Origin: Octopus sinensis
Taxonomy: Eukaryota
NCBI RefSeq assembly: GCF_006345805.1
Contig: NC_043005.1
Location: 80,910,001 to 80,974,000 of the forward strand
DNA: 64,000 nucleotides
Direction of reading: 5' to 3'
Part shown: one piece after another, positions 53,736-64,000 of the stretch
Position numbering within the stretch: position 1 is the first letter of the stretch
Layout: each line of letters opens with the position of its first letter
The notes under the pieces: generated by a model
Told to the model about the DNA's origin: nothing
The model's database searches: none
What the model saw: the letters and a program-made list of their open reading frames with translations, nothing else
Program-made: the position numbers and the translations under genes

Positions 53736-53798
53736 AGTATACATATATACATATATAAGTAAATGAAAGAATGGAGTCGAACGAAGATTTTAACAAAA

Positions 53799-53897
53799 TT
53801 CCTTTACTCTCAACACATGTTTCGAAGACTGCATACTCTTAATTCCGAAGGAATAAAGGGGGCATTATGCCGTCTTCTCATCAGGAAAGACAAGGAA
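53799..53897 (-). ncRNA. Type I hammerhead ribozyme
   Basis: CTGATGA; stem II gaagacggcata/tatgcagtcttc (11 of 12 bp); GAAA; stem III ACATGTGT; GUU triplet; bipartite stem I ttcctt-ctttc/gagag-aaggaa. Confidence 0.8.
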
Positions 53898-54818
53898 CCT
53901 CTATCAGCCTCAAGACGAACAAATTTTTTTTATGACTGCCTACATGGTGTCCACAATGGTAATGAGCGTTTTTTTTTAAAAATCCGTTATAAGCAATGAC
54001 GTCAAAATTGGTTGGAAGTGGGAAGTTCTGAAAATAAGAAGGGGACAGTATGTATGCTGTATGTATGGGGATGCGCGGGTGTTTGCTCTTGTTAATGAGT
54101 TTGATTGTTTATGTGTGTGTATGAGTGTGTGTATATAACTGCATTTGTGTCTATGTGTGTGTGTGTGTGTGTAATTGTGTGTGTGGTGGGGACAATTGTC
54201 AAATATATTTAGTAGTGAGGTGACAAATTTGTGTCTGTGTGTTTGATTGAGCGTATGATAGAGAGAGAGAGAGAGAGAGAGAGAGGGGAGAGGTAGAGAG
54301 GAAGAGATAAACATACCCCAGTTATATTTAGTAGTATTGTTTCATGCAACGGAGTAGACATAAAAGAATTTGTCTATGTCAGTGGTGTAGACGTGAAACT
54401 AATTATTAAAACCAAAGAGGTTACCTATATTATCTATCATTCATATGAGTGGAAAGTGTGTTGTTGCCAATGCTTACATTTATATGATTTTTCTATTAAT
54501 GTGTTAACCAACGGGAACTTGGCGAAAAGGATATAGAAGAGTTCGGAATTACAAATGCCACAATATTTCCTGCCCTTATCAAAAGGAAAGGATACAGACA
54601 ATATGGACCAATCCAGCTTGAAAGTTATATTGTTGTCCTTAAGACGCCAAACTAATGTACTTAGTCCTGTGCTTTGTTGTTTTCTCTTATCTCGAAAAGT
54701 TGAATAATGATTGGAAATTCTCTGGGACAATCGAGAAGTTGTCGCACCAATATAGAAGAAGACATCGTTACCGGAAGAAATTTTAAGAAATTTTTGTTCG
54801 TCTTGAGGCTGATAGAGG

Positions 54819-54917
54819 TTCCTTGTCTTTCCTGATGAGAAGATGGCATAATGAACCCTTTATTCCTTCGGAATTAAGAGTATGCAGTCTTCGAAACATG
54901 TGTTGAGAGTAAAGGAA
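54819..54917 (+). ncRNA. Type I hammerhead ribozyme (inverted twin of 53799-53897)
   Basis: Same fold with stem II 10 of 12 bp. Predicted cleavage after U54904. Confidence 0.78.
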
Positions 54918-55132
54918 TTTTGTTAAAATCTTCGTTCGACTCCATTCTTTCATTTATTCATATAAAAAAACACACAAATTACCACACAAGAACACGGGGT
55001 TTCTGCCCTTGACATGTAGCTTCAACCGTGTTTTCTGACGTGAATCTGCTACCCAAGTATCGATTAACCGAATTATCAATACTATGATAATTCATTCACC
55101 TACTTATATATACATATATATTTATATATTTA

Positions 55133-56202
55133 CAGGGTGCAGTGATTAAATTGCCATCTAAGTTATACAAAGATGAAAATAACACTCATATCTTATTTTA
55201 ACAGGTGTATATACCAAAATTACATAAAAATATCTTAAATTACTAAAGAGTAACTTCATTCAATAAAATCGCCATTGGCTTTAACCATAGCCTCCACATG
55301 ACTTCAGAATCTCCTGCAACTCTTCTGGACGGTCTCCTTGTTTAAGATGGAGAATTGCTGTCATCAGCTCATCTTTGTTGTTATAAGAAGTTTTCTTGGT
55401 CTCTTGCAAAACTGCGCCCCACATATAACAGTCAAAGGGGTTGCAGCGTGGGGAGTTAGGTGGCCACATTTTAGGGGTGATGCGGTCGCAGAAATTGTTT
55501 AACAGCCAAGACTGGGTTTTTCTTCTCGTGTAGCATGATAAAGACTCCTGTTCCCAGTCATAGGATCTTCCAGCAGCCACCCTCTTCACCCAGAGCTGCA
55601 CCACCACCTCCAGGTATTTTATGTAGCACTCCGTGTTGAGTCTGAGGTCGTGTGGAAAGATGAATGGATGTATAACGTCGCTTTCACTAATTATCAGTCC
55701 GAAAGCGCTGAAGTTGCCTAGTTGTTTGATTTTATCACTCTAGATATATGTTTTGGAGCCACAGCAAGCCAACGGTTGTTCTGTATATTCACCAACTTAT
55801 AGTGGCATAATTTTTTTCTCGTCTGAGAAAAACCAAAGCATTTTCGGTTAAAGGAGATGCTTTAATTTGTGCAAAAGCATCTTATCACGTTTTTCTTCTT
55901 GTCCTTGATGGCTCCTGATAAAAATTAGCCGTTTCTCATCTTCCACCTACAAACACAGCACAAAAAACACAGCAAATAAAGTAGGACTTTTTTTTAGCAA
56001 ATAAAATAAGAAGACTTCGCCTAGAAAATTATTCAATTTACTAAAAAAAGTCTGAAACCATGGTTCAGGAAATAGATGGTAATTTTTTTTTTATTTTTCA
56101 TTCCCTAATTTTATCCCTAATTAGTGTTTTGGACTTTAGCTGTTCCTTCCAGCGTAAGGAAGTCCTATGACGGACACCTCTTATGTGTTTAAATGTACAC
56201 TG
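55133..56202 (-). mobile_element. maT/DD37D Tc1-mariner transposon, internally deleted and decayed
   Basis: LWFFSDEK...NNRWLAV...IFPHDLRLNTECYIKYLE...WPPNSPRCNPFDCYMWGAV. TA|cagggtgcagtg end at 55131. The far TIR at about 56190-56202 is weak. Confidence 0.85.
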
Positions 56203-56305
56203 TATGGTGAGCATGATTACTACAGGAGTAAGAGTAAGGTCTGCGTCCAAATGACTATGTTTTCTAGATTCCAGCTGAAGGTTAAACGTCTAGTATAGAG
56301 TAGAC

Positions 56306-56559
56306 AAATGATTCCCAAAGTGTTCCGTGGAAAGATACAACGGGGCGTTGAAGAAAAGTGGGGCAATAATGGTGTGGCCAAAAAGGGGAGATTAACGTAA
56401 GAAGACCGAAATAATAGATTAGATCATATTGTATTTGTGAAATACAGTTTATTTGTCTCAGAAACTGGTCTGTGTTTGTACTGGTAAGTAGAGGCGGGTG
56501 CTAGGAATGTGGCCGGGATGCCAAGAGGGTGGCAACTCGACAAAGCTTGGGAACTCCTG
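56306..56559. mobile_element. hAT-type MITE
   Basis: Perfect 8-bp TSD gagtagac at 56298-56305 and 56560-56567. Ends aaatgattcccaaag and aagcttgggaactcctg. Confidence 0.8.
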
Positions 56560-56959
56560 GAGTAGACCAATCAAATTCTATCTTAATGCGCCGGAAAAAA
56601 GTAACCATGAAAATGTAAATGATGAGTCGACACACGCCTTCATAACTACAGTTGTATAACGAATATAATTAATAGAACGAAACAAACTGGATATTTTCTC
56701 ATGTTTTGCTTTATTAAAACCAAAACAAAAGAACATATCCATTATGTAATGGAAATAACCGAAGGGGAAGAAATAAATACACATTTTATGTAAATGAATG
56801 ATTGTTTCAAAACGTAGTTTTCAGACGTCTGTGTTAGTTGAAGTATTAAGCAATGAACTGAGGTCATTAATGCAGCGCCGCTTTAACGTTTATGGAACAT
56901 TATTAATTTCAAATGTGCTTCATTAATTTATTCAAATACTGGTCTGAAGCATCTTCACC

Positions 56960-57084
56960 GCCATCATCATCCTCATCGTCATCTTCACCAAGATGATGAT
57001 AATTATCATAACCATTTCTATCGTCATCTTCAACACCAAGATAATCGCCGCTGTCATCATTCTATTTACTGTATTAGCATCGGT

Positions 57085-57121
<37 letters not shown>

Positions 57122-57730
57122 CCATCATCATCATCATAATCATCATCAACACCATCATCATCATCATCATCATCACCACCATCATCATCATCAGCCACAT
57201 CATCATCATCATCATCATCATCGTCGTCGTCGTCGTCGTCATCATCATCATCATCATCAGCATCATCACCACCACCACCACCACCACGTCCACCACCACC
57301 ACTACCACCACCATCATCATCACCATCATCATCATAGTCATTGTTCTATTTACTGTATTAGCATCATCTCTATCGTCATCATCATCATCGTCATCATCAT
57401 CATCATCACCACCACCACCATCACCACCACCACCACCACCACCACCACCACCACCACCACCACGTCCACCACCACTACCACCACCGCCACCACCACCACC
57501 ATCATCATCATCATAGTCATCGTTCTATTTACTATATTAGCATCATGTCTATCGTCATCATCATCATCATCGTCATCATCATTATGACCAATATCATCGC
57601 CATAGTCATCCTATTCAATTTCATCGCTAGCATTCTTTTCGTCATCATTGTCATTTCTCAATTCGCAGAATCATCATGATCGTCTTCATCATTATCCTCC
57701 CATGTCTTCATCGTCATCATCATCATCCTT
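56960..57730. repeat. (CAT)/(CAC) array with a higher-order repeat
   Basis: ttctatttact(g/a)tattagcatc recurs at about 57059, 57344 and 57522. Confidence 0.9.
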
Positions 57731-58496
57731 ATCATCACGATAACATTTTCTACCTACAAACACAGCAGAAAATTCTGAATATGAAAGATAAAATAAAATA
57801 AAGAGTAAAAAGAAACAGTAAAACAAAATATCCGACATCTAGTTTAGCATTAGCAGTGACACTTAACATTAGTGGTGTAGTAATCAAAAATAGTCGATAA
57901 ATTGTGAACGGTCATCGATGTGATTGGGGGGACGGGTCAGAGCAATTATTTTAAAAGAAATTATTGAATGCTAATGTTCAATTTCTTTGCGATACATGAT
58001 TAGCCAATAAATTAGATTATTTTTTCTCAGACATCATTAAGCTACTATCTAAAAGTGGTTTGGAATTAATATGTCTTGTGCGTATGTGTGTGTGTGTACG
58101 TGCGTGTGTCTGTGAAGTCCATGGGTATTATTTTTCTAAAGCAGGATGGGTAATTTATGCGTATATTTTTTTCCATTCCAAAGAGTCTGGGAAATAATTT
58201 CTCTGTTTGGTAATAGTATTGTATGGTTCAAGATTAACTTTCACTTAATTTTTGGTATTTTCTACGTTTCGTTGTTTGATTGGATGATCGCGGTGATAGA
58301 CACCTTGCAATAATGTTGTTTTTTTTTTTTTGTAAATATATATTTTCTTCAATAGATAGAGAGAAATCTATTAAGATTCTCTTTTCCTTTCATAAGTTAA
58401 GAAACGTAGTTATATTCTTAGAATTATATAAATATATAATGGAGCAAGAAACATTCCGGTGAGCAACGTTTTACTAGAAACACGAGTATTATTATT

Positions 58497-59215
58497 AGCG
58501 GCGAGCTGGTAGAATTGTTAGTACGCCGGGGGATATGCTTGGCGGCATTTCGGCCATTTTCACGTTCCGCCGAGGTTGACTTTACCTTTTATTCGTCTGA
58601 GTTCGAGAAAACGGTCAAACTAAAGGGTTTGACCCAAGCCAAAACAAAAAAAGAAGAAACAAGATAGTGTAATAGGTGTAAAACAACTTGCTCTAAACGA
58701 ATATGAAAAGCAATGCACGCTCGCGAACGGAGGTTGGGGGAGAGGACTCAGAAAGTGTTCACATCATGTTCCTAGTCGTCTCACCAGAGCCAAAAACTGT
58801 TAGGTTTAAAACAACTTGCTCTAAACGAATATGAAAAACATGCGCGCTGGGAAACGGGGTGTGGGGTAGATAACTCGGAAAATCCACATTTTAATTCATA
58901 TTCGTTTTTTACATGTTGTTGTACAGCTATTAGACTATTATTTTTTTTTTTTGCTCGGGTCAAACTCTAGAGTTTAAAGGTCATGGTCTGATGATGTGAA
59001 TTTTCCGAGTCCTCTCCCCAACCCCTGTTCGCGAGCGCGCATTTTTTTTCATATTCGTTTACAGCAAGTTGTTTTACTTCTATTATTTAAATTTCTTATT
59101 TTTTTGCTCGAGTCAAACCCTTCAGTTTGACCGATAAAACAAGTACCATTCGAGCACTGGAGTCAGCGTATTCGACTTACCTTTCCCTTTAAATTTTTGG
59201 CCTTGTGCCAAAATT
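58497..59215 (+). mobile_element. Family A-related SINE split by a MITE insertion
   Basis: Head at 58497-58611. The central domain resumes at 59134 (ataaaacaagtacca). Confidence 0.8.
58612..59133. mobile_element. 522-bp foldback-like MITE of unknown superfamily
   Basis: TIRs cggtcaaactaaagggtttgacccaagc and gctcgagtcaaacccttcagtttgaccg, with internal direct and inverted modules. Confidence 0.85.
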
Positions 59216-59227
59216 GGAAATCAATAT

Positions 59228-59450
59228 AATCATTATAAAGGCAACATGCTTGAAGAATCGTTAGCACACGAGGCAAAATACTGAGGGGCATTTCGTCCGC
59301 CCTTACTTTCTGAGTTCAAATTCTGCTGAGGTCGACTTTGCATTTCATTCTTACTGGGTGGATGAAATGAGTACCAGTTAAGTATTGGTATCGATGTAAT
59401 TGATTTATTGCATCCTACGAAATTGCTGGCATTGTCCCAAAATTTGAAAC
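59228..59450 (+). mobile_element. Family A-related SINE, short tail
   Basis: gagttcaaattctgctgaggtcgactttgcatttcattc. Confidence 0.75.
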
Positions 59451-59488
<38 letters not shown>

Positions 59489-59510
59489 TATTATTATTAT
59501 ATTATTATTA

Positions 59511-60825
59511 TTTTTCTTCTTCTTTCAAATTTGCTTCCATTTCTTGCCGAGTGTCTTCCCGACTCCTAGGGCAAAGAAACTCATAGTATACATTGGTAGG
59601 CCATTAAACCAAACTCAGTAGTTCGTTCATTTTTTTTTTTTTTTAAGTTAAATTAAAATACATGAGCAGCAACAGTTCTCACATCGACAATGCTCTTCCC
59701 AATACGTGTGATATACCAATTAAGACAATCTTTTGCACTTCTTGCAGGGATGGTAAGCCAGGGATCATTCTCATATAATTTTCGGTTCCCTTCTTGATCA
59801 TTCCTAGTGCTCCTACGATCACTGGTATTGTAACCGCCTTGAGATGCCACATTTTCTCAATTTCAATGAGTAGGTCTTTATATTTTCTGAGCTTGTCAAA
59901 CTCTTTCGCTGAGATATTATGATCACAGGGGATGCTCATGTCGATCAATAAGCAAACTTTATTGTTTTGGTCTTTCACAACAATATCTGGTTTATTGGCC
60001 TTGATGGTTCGGTCTGTATGTACTGGAAAGTCCCACAGAATGGTTACATTTTCTCCTTCAGTTACAGCTTCAGGGTGGTGATTATACCACTTGTCGGCAG
60101 TTTTGATATTGTAATGCCGACTTATTAGCCAGTGGAGATATTGGCCAACTCTGTCATGTCTTAATTTATACTCCACTGGTGCTAAGACTTTACATCCAGA
60201 GATTAGGTGGTCCACTGTTTCAATCATGTCGTTGCAGAATCGGCATTTTGGGTCTGCTCCATTTTTCATCACATTAGCCTGGTAGTTCCGGGCTAATAGG
60301 CTTTGATCTTGAGCAGCCAGGATGAAACCTTCGCTCTCTGCTTCTAGCCCTGAGCTCCGTAGCCACTGATGGGTTTGCTTCTGGTCAACATCAGCTTGTT
60401 TGCTGCGGGTCACATATTTGCCGTGCAGAGGTTTCTCCTCCCACCTATCAGCCAGTTGCTCGTGCGCTTTTTTCATTGCCATCATTTTCACCTTCTTTGC
60501 AACAATAGTTGCCGTACTTCCCTCGGGTTGTTCAGTTTGGGTATCCTGCACGAGATCAATAGCAAATTTTTTGCTTTCCTTTATTATAGAATGAAGCTTC
60601 TTTCGTCTCTCGTGATTTTCCACGAGCTTTAGCATCCAGTCATTCGATATTTCGAGATATTTGGCCAGTCCAATTGTGGTTGTTTTGTAAGCTAGTTCAA
60701 ATTGGATCAGACATCGATCTACGTCTGCCTTTGGGTGGTGCATCCTATTACAACTCAGCAGCTTGCGTATTTTCCTATCTATATTCTTTACTTCACTCAT
60801 ATTCCAGTTCAGCACATTGTAGCTA

Positions 60826-60826
<1 letters not shown>
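59511..60826 (-). mobile_element. 5'-truncated R4/Dong-clade element between (TAA)n arrays
   Basis: Contains the 378-aa ORF and a 3' UTR ending in (AAT)n. Confidence 0.93.
59679..60815 (-). CDS. Retrotransposon ORF remnant: RT thumb, CCHC zinc knuckle, restriction-enzyme-like endonuclease
   Basis: CRFCNDMIETVDHLISGC, RHD, KPDIVVKDQNNKVCLLID, KLRKYKDL. The N-terminus is missing and the LYLPRxEGGRG segment is deleted, so it is not a functional gene. Confidence 0.9.
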   Translation of the reverse strand: MLNWNMSEVKNIDRKIRKLLSCNRMHHPKADVDRCLIQFELAYKTTTIGLAKYLEISNDWMLKLVENHERRKKLHSIIKESKKFAIDLVQDTQTEQPEGSTATIVAKKVKMMAMKKAHEQLADRWEEKPLHGKYVTRSKQADVDQKQTHQWLRSSGLEAESEGFILAAQDQSLLARNYQANVMKNGADPKCRFCNDMIETVDHLISGCKVLAPVEYKLRHDRVGQYLHWLISRHYNIKTADKWYNHHPEAVTEGENVTILWDFPVHTDRTIKANKPDIVVKDQNNKVCLLIDMSIPCDHNISAKEFDKLRKYKDLLIEIEKMWHLKAVTIPVIVGALGMIKKGTENYMRMIPGLPSLQEVQKIVLIGISHVLGRALSM

Positions 60827-60882
<56 letters not shown>

Positions 60883-61004
60883 CATCATCATTATTATTAA
60901 TATTATTATTATTATTATTATTATCATTATTATTATTATTATTATCATTATTATTATTATCATTATTATCATTATTATCATTATCATTATTACTATTATT
61001 ATTA

Positions 61005-61049
<45 letters not shown>

Positions 61050-61109
61050 CATCATCATTATTATTATTATTATCATTATTATTATTATTATCATTATTAT
61101 TATTATTAA

Positions 61110-61158
<49 letters not shown>

Positions 61159-61161
<3 letters not shown>

Positions 61162-61537
61162 TAGTTTTATTTTTATAGCGTGCTTTCACTTCACTACCGA
61201 GCGCAGCTCTGTGTGCCTTGGGTATGTGCTGTGATTTGTTGTGATGCTCTGATGGTTATTGTATGGAAAGTGTTCTGCGTAGGATGTGTGCAGTGCCTAG
61301 TAGTGCAATTTTCTGTATGTTATATGTGTTTGTAAGTCCTGGTGTTTTTGTTATGTATTTGTCTGAATATTTTTTTATCATGCCTAATGCACCTACTATG
61401 ATAGGAATTGTTTCTGTTTTCAGATTCCACATTCTAGTTACCTCTATTTCCAGGTCTTTGTATTTTGAGAGTTTCTCCATTTCTTTTAGAGACACGTTGT
61501 CATCTGCCGGTATTGATACATCAATTAGAAAGCATTT
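61159..61537 (-). mobile_element. Second Dong-type subfamily, 3' end only
   Basis: CFLIDVSIPADDNVSLKEMEKLSKYKDLEIEVTRMW...LLGTAHILRRTLSIQ* with a different 3' UTR. (TAA)n lies on both sides. Confidence 0.92.
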
Positions 61538-61606
61538 TATTATTATTATCATTATTATTATTATATTATTATTATTATATTATTATTATTATTATTATTA
61601 TTATCA

Positions 61607-61642
<36 letters not shown>

Positions 61643-61670
61643 TATTATTATTATTATCATTATTATTATA

Positions 61671-61875
61671 TGGCAGAATCGTGACCGCGCCGGGCAAAAT
61701 GCTTTGCGGCATTTCCTTGGTCCTGACATTTTGATTTCAAATTCCGCCGAGATCGACTTTTTCCTCCATCTTTTTGTAGTGGTTCAAATAATCAGTACTT
61801 GATTACCACGGTCGATGTAATCGACTAGTTTCCTCGCCTTAAAATTGCTGGGCTTGCTCCAGGATTTGAAACCAT
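61671..61875 (+). mobile_element. Family A-related SINE, diverged
   Basis: tggcagaatcgtgaccgcgccgggc...aaattccgccgagatcgac. Confidence 0.75.
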
Positions 61876-63372
61876 GGTTTTAAATGCACACATTACAATG
61901 CACAGTACATGTTATATTAGAACACTTCATTTCCCAAGCCCCACTCAACACCACCTCCAAAGCATTTTCCCCATTCCATGGTTTACTTAAGTATTCCTTC
62001 ATCTGTTGTTCTTCTGGGATGCGATTCACAAAGCATAAACTCCTCATGAACTCCACCTTGGATGACAATCTTTATGACGACGAAAACCAAACTAGAATTA
62101 TCTGCATTGTTTGATATCTCATTCACTTTAAATGAAGAAATAAGAACGATTTTTCCGTATCCTAGGAACGAAAAATTTTTCAGCAATTTCTCGCCAAACA
62201 ATCAATTCTCCATTTCGTTGTATTGTTTGATAGAGGCATTGCAGTAAATAAATTCTAGTCCTTTTTTTCTACACAGAATTCCTACGATTATCCCTACTGG
62301 CAGTAATAGAGCCAAACTTCCCATGTTTGTCACAATATTTACGGATCAAAATTTTTTTAAGCTCATCTTTTTAGCAATGACTTAATCTTTTTATCCCTGA
62401 TATCTTCGCTTATAGCACGCTGAATATTATTTGAATGGTTGTTAACCATATATCGATATTGAATAGAAAATAGGTTTCTTCCTATTCAATAAATTTGAAA
62501 AGACAAAGAAACGAATGAATAAGAAAGCTGATCAAAAAAATTAAAACAAATTTTGATTTGATTTATAATCTTAAAAATACACAGCAACATCGAAAAAAGA
62601 ATTAATTAAAGAAGGACATTTACATGTACATTCAGTATTAAACAAAAACAATACAGAAAATTCATGACTAATCTCGTGGCACATGGTTTGTAATGGCAGA
62701 ATTAGCTGCTACTTCAAATTATATAAACATATAGAGACCACTGTTATCTTTCCACCAACCCCTGCGGTATTTCACGAAGTAAACCAAGTGAACCTGAGTC
62801 GCGGCATTGTGTGCTCTTTCTGCACACCGGATAAAACCAAGTTCATATAAACTACAATAATTTATTTAAAATACTTTGATATTTATGTAACTCCTATTGA
62901 AATATTTCCCATGGGCTGCAATTATTTCCATAGCGTTGGTCCACCACTTTGGAGAGACAGTCTTAACATCAGTAAGGCCATGTCATAAAGATTTCATATG
63001 GGCTCTCAATGTGCTAGAAATAACAGGTAAATATTTTTCCAATTGTACGTTACATTAGTATTGGAATATAAATAACGAGGAGGTTACACTCTCGAGCCAA
63101 TACAACATTCCACATTTGCAGTGTCAGTACAAGCTAACCAATTCAGACTCTACCAATACGGATATTCTAACATCGACTTGGAGCAGTTTGTTAGGTTTTA
63201 CTTGATATGTATATATATAAATCTGGAGAGTCTACTAGAGTAGATGCAAGCGCTAATATATGATTTAAAAAGCATGTGACATATTAATAAATATCTGTAA
63301 ATATAAAACCATCCAGATTTCTGAGTACCTAATTTCTTCAAATATATAGTAGCTATACATCACCTCCAAACC

Positions 63373-63412
<40 letters not shown>

Positions 63413-63650
63413 TAAGGGTAGAAATTGATATTTATCAATTAAGACCAGTGGTCTAGCATATTAAAAAAGAATCCGAAGATTAAAATATTTATATATACCA
63501 ATTAAGGACTGAACACGAAAAGTGGACAGTCAACATGCTAGATATAGACGTCAAATCGCCATTCACCACAAAAGATTATGTTCTCAGATCAAACTCAGCA
63601 CAAAACCATAGCAATAAACAAGTGAAAAATATACGAAATAAAATAATTAC

Positions 63651-63714
63651 CCATGTACTAATTAGATTCGGCTGTTATTTTCAGCAAGGAAAACTGCAGC
63701 CATCATCAGCATGG
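63651..63714 (-). ncRNA. Type I hammerhead, mutated twin
   Basis: Same as 63913-63976 but GAAA is GAAT (63666) and there is a distal stem II mismatch (63683). Confidence 0.7.
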
Positions 63715-63912
63715 TCCGTTATAAATGCAATTTGCTGGACTAGATGCAAACACGATACCGAAATATTAGCTGCAGGCTAGTTTTCTCGGGCCTCAACGCG
63801 CCAAAGTAAAGGCATTTGAAAGATATATTCAAATGTAATAGGCTGAACTCCATGCACGCGATATTTCGGTATCGTGTTTGCATCTAGTCCAGCAAATTGC
63901 ATTTATAACGGA

Positions 63913-63976
63913 CCATGCTGATGATGGCTGCAGTTTTCCTTGCGGAAAATAACAGCCGAAACTAATTAGTACATGG
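63913..63976 (+). ncRNA. Type I hammerhead ribozyme, apparently intact
   Basis: ccatg CTGATGA t ggctg-cag-ttttcc-ttgc-ggaaaa-taa-cagcc GAA ACTAATTAGT A catgg. Predicted cleavage after A63971 (GUA). Confidence 0.88.
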
Positions 63977-64000
63977 GTAATTATTTTATTTCGTATATTT

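Larger units (their letters stand above)
53760..55106 (-). mobile_element. Truncated Penelope-like element: GIY-YIG C-terminus, 3' UTR and inverted pLTRs
   Basis: FFYIGATTSRLSQRISNHYSTFRDKRKQQSTGLSTLVWRLKDNNITFKLDWSIL...CGICNSE...KCKH (54437-54790). 164-bp inverted repeat at 53760-53923 and 54793-54956 with 3 mismatches. Confidence 0.9.
63627..64000. repeat. Near-perfect inverted repeat, arms at least 140 bp, spacer 94 bp
   Basis: 63627-63766 versus 63861-64000 with 2 mismatches. The right arm runs off the window. Confidence 0.97.

Noticed and set aside
56462-56483. 22-nt micro-exon with good splice signals
   Set aside because: It lies inside the hAT MITE 56306-56559.
57055-57620. Constant unit with variable spacers, superficially CRISPR-like
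   Set aside because: The spacers are trinucleotide microsatellites of irregular length, there are no cas genes, and the context is eukaryotic.
60674-61802. 186-, 135- and 179-aa ORFs
   Set aside because: They are antisense or alternate frames of Dong fragments plus (ATT)n.
61880-62070. Protein-like minus frame (SKVEFMRSLCFVNRIPEEQQMKEYLSKPW...)
   Set aside because: Short, no motif recognised, weak splice context.

Overview
AT-rich, repeat-saturated animal genomic DNA. The SINE families and microsatellite load match what I recall of Octopus, but that assignment is inference. No complete host gene, rRNA, true tRNA or CRISPR array can be supported. Most ORFs in the track are microsatellite read-throughs or transposon remnants. 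The window holds about 30 tRNA-derived SINEs of four families, R4/Dong-type retrotransposon fragments in (TAA)n arrays, CR1-like and L1/Tx1-like fragments, decayed mariner, maT (DD37D) and hAT transposases, a non-autonomous Helitron and three MITEs. The most notable signal is RNA-level. About ten type I hammerhead ribozyme motifs occur in Penelope-like terminal repeats, most with a self-complementary stem III. Six of them form three divergent inverted pairs (52.9-53.6 kb, 53.8-55.0 kb, 63.6-64.0 kb). There is also a candidate HDV-like ribozyme at 47.6 kb, a recurrent SINE-into-SINE junction, and one plausible symmetric phase-1 host exon at 43815-43943. Everything was read by eye. Transposon and microsatellite boundaries are approximate unless fixed by a TSD or TIR.
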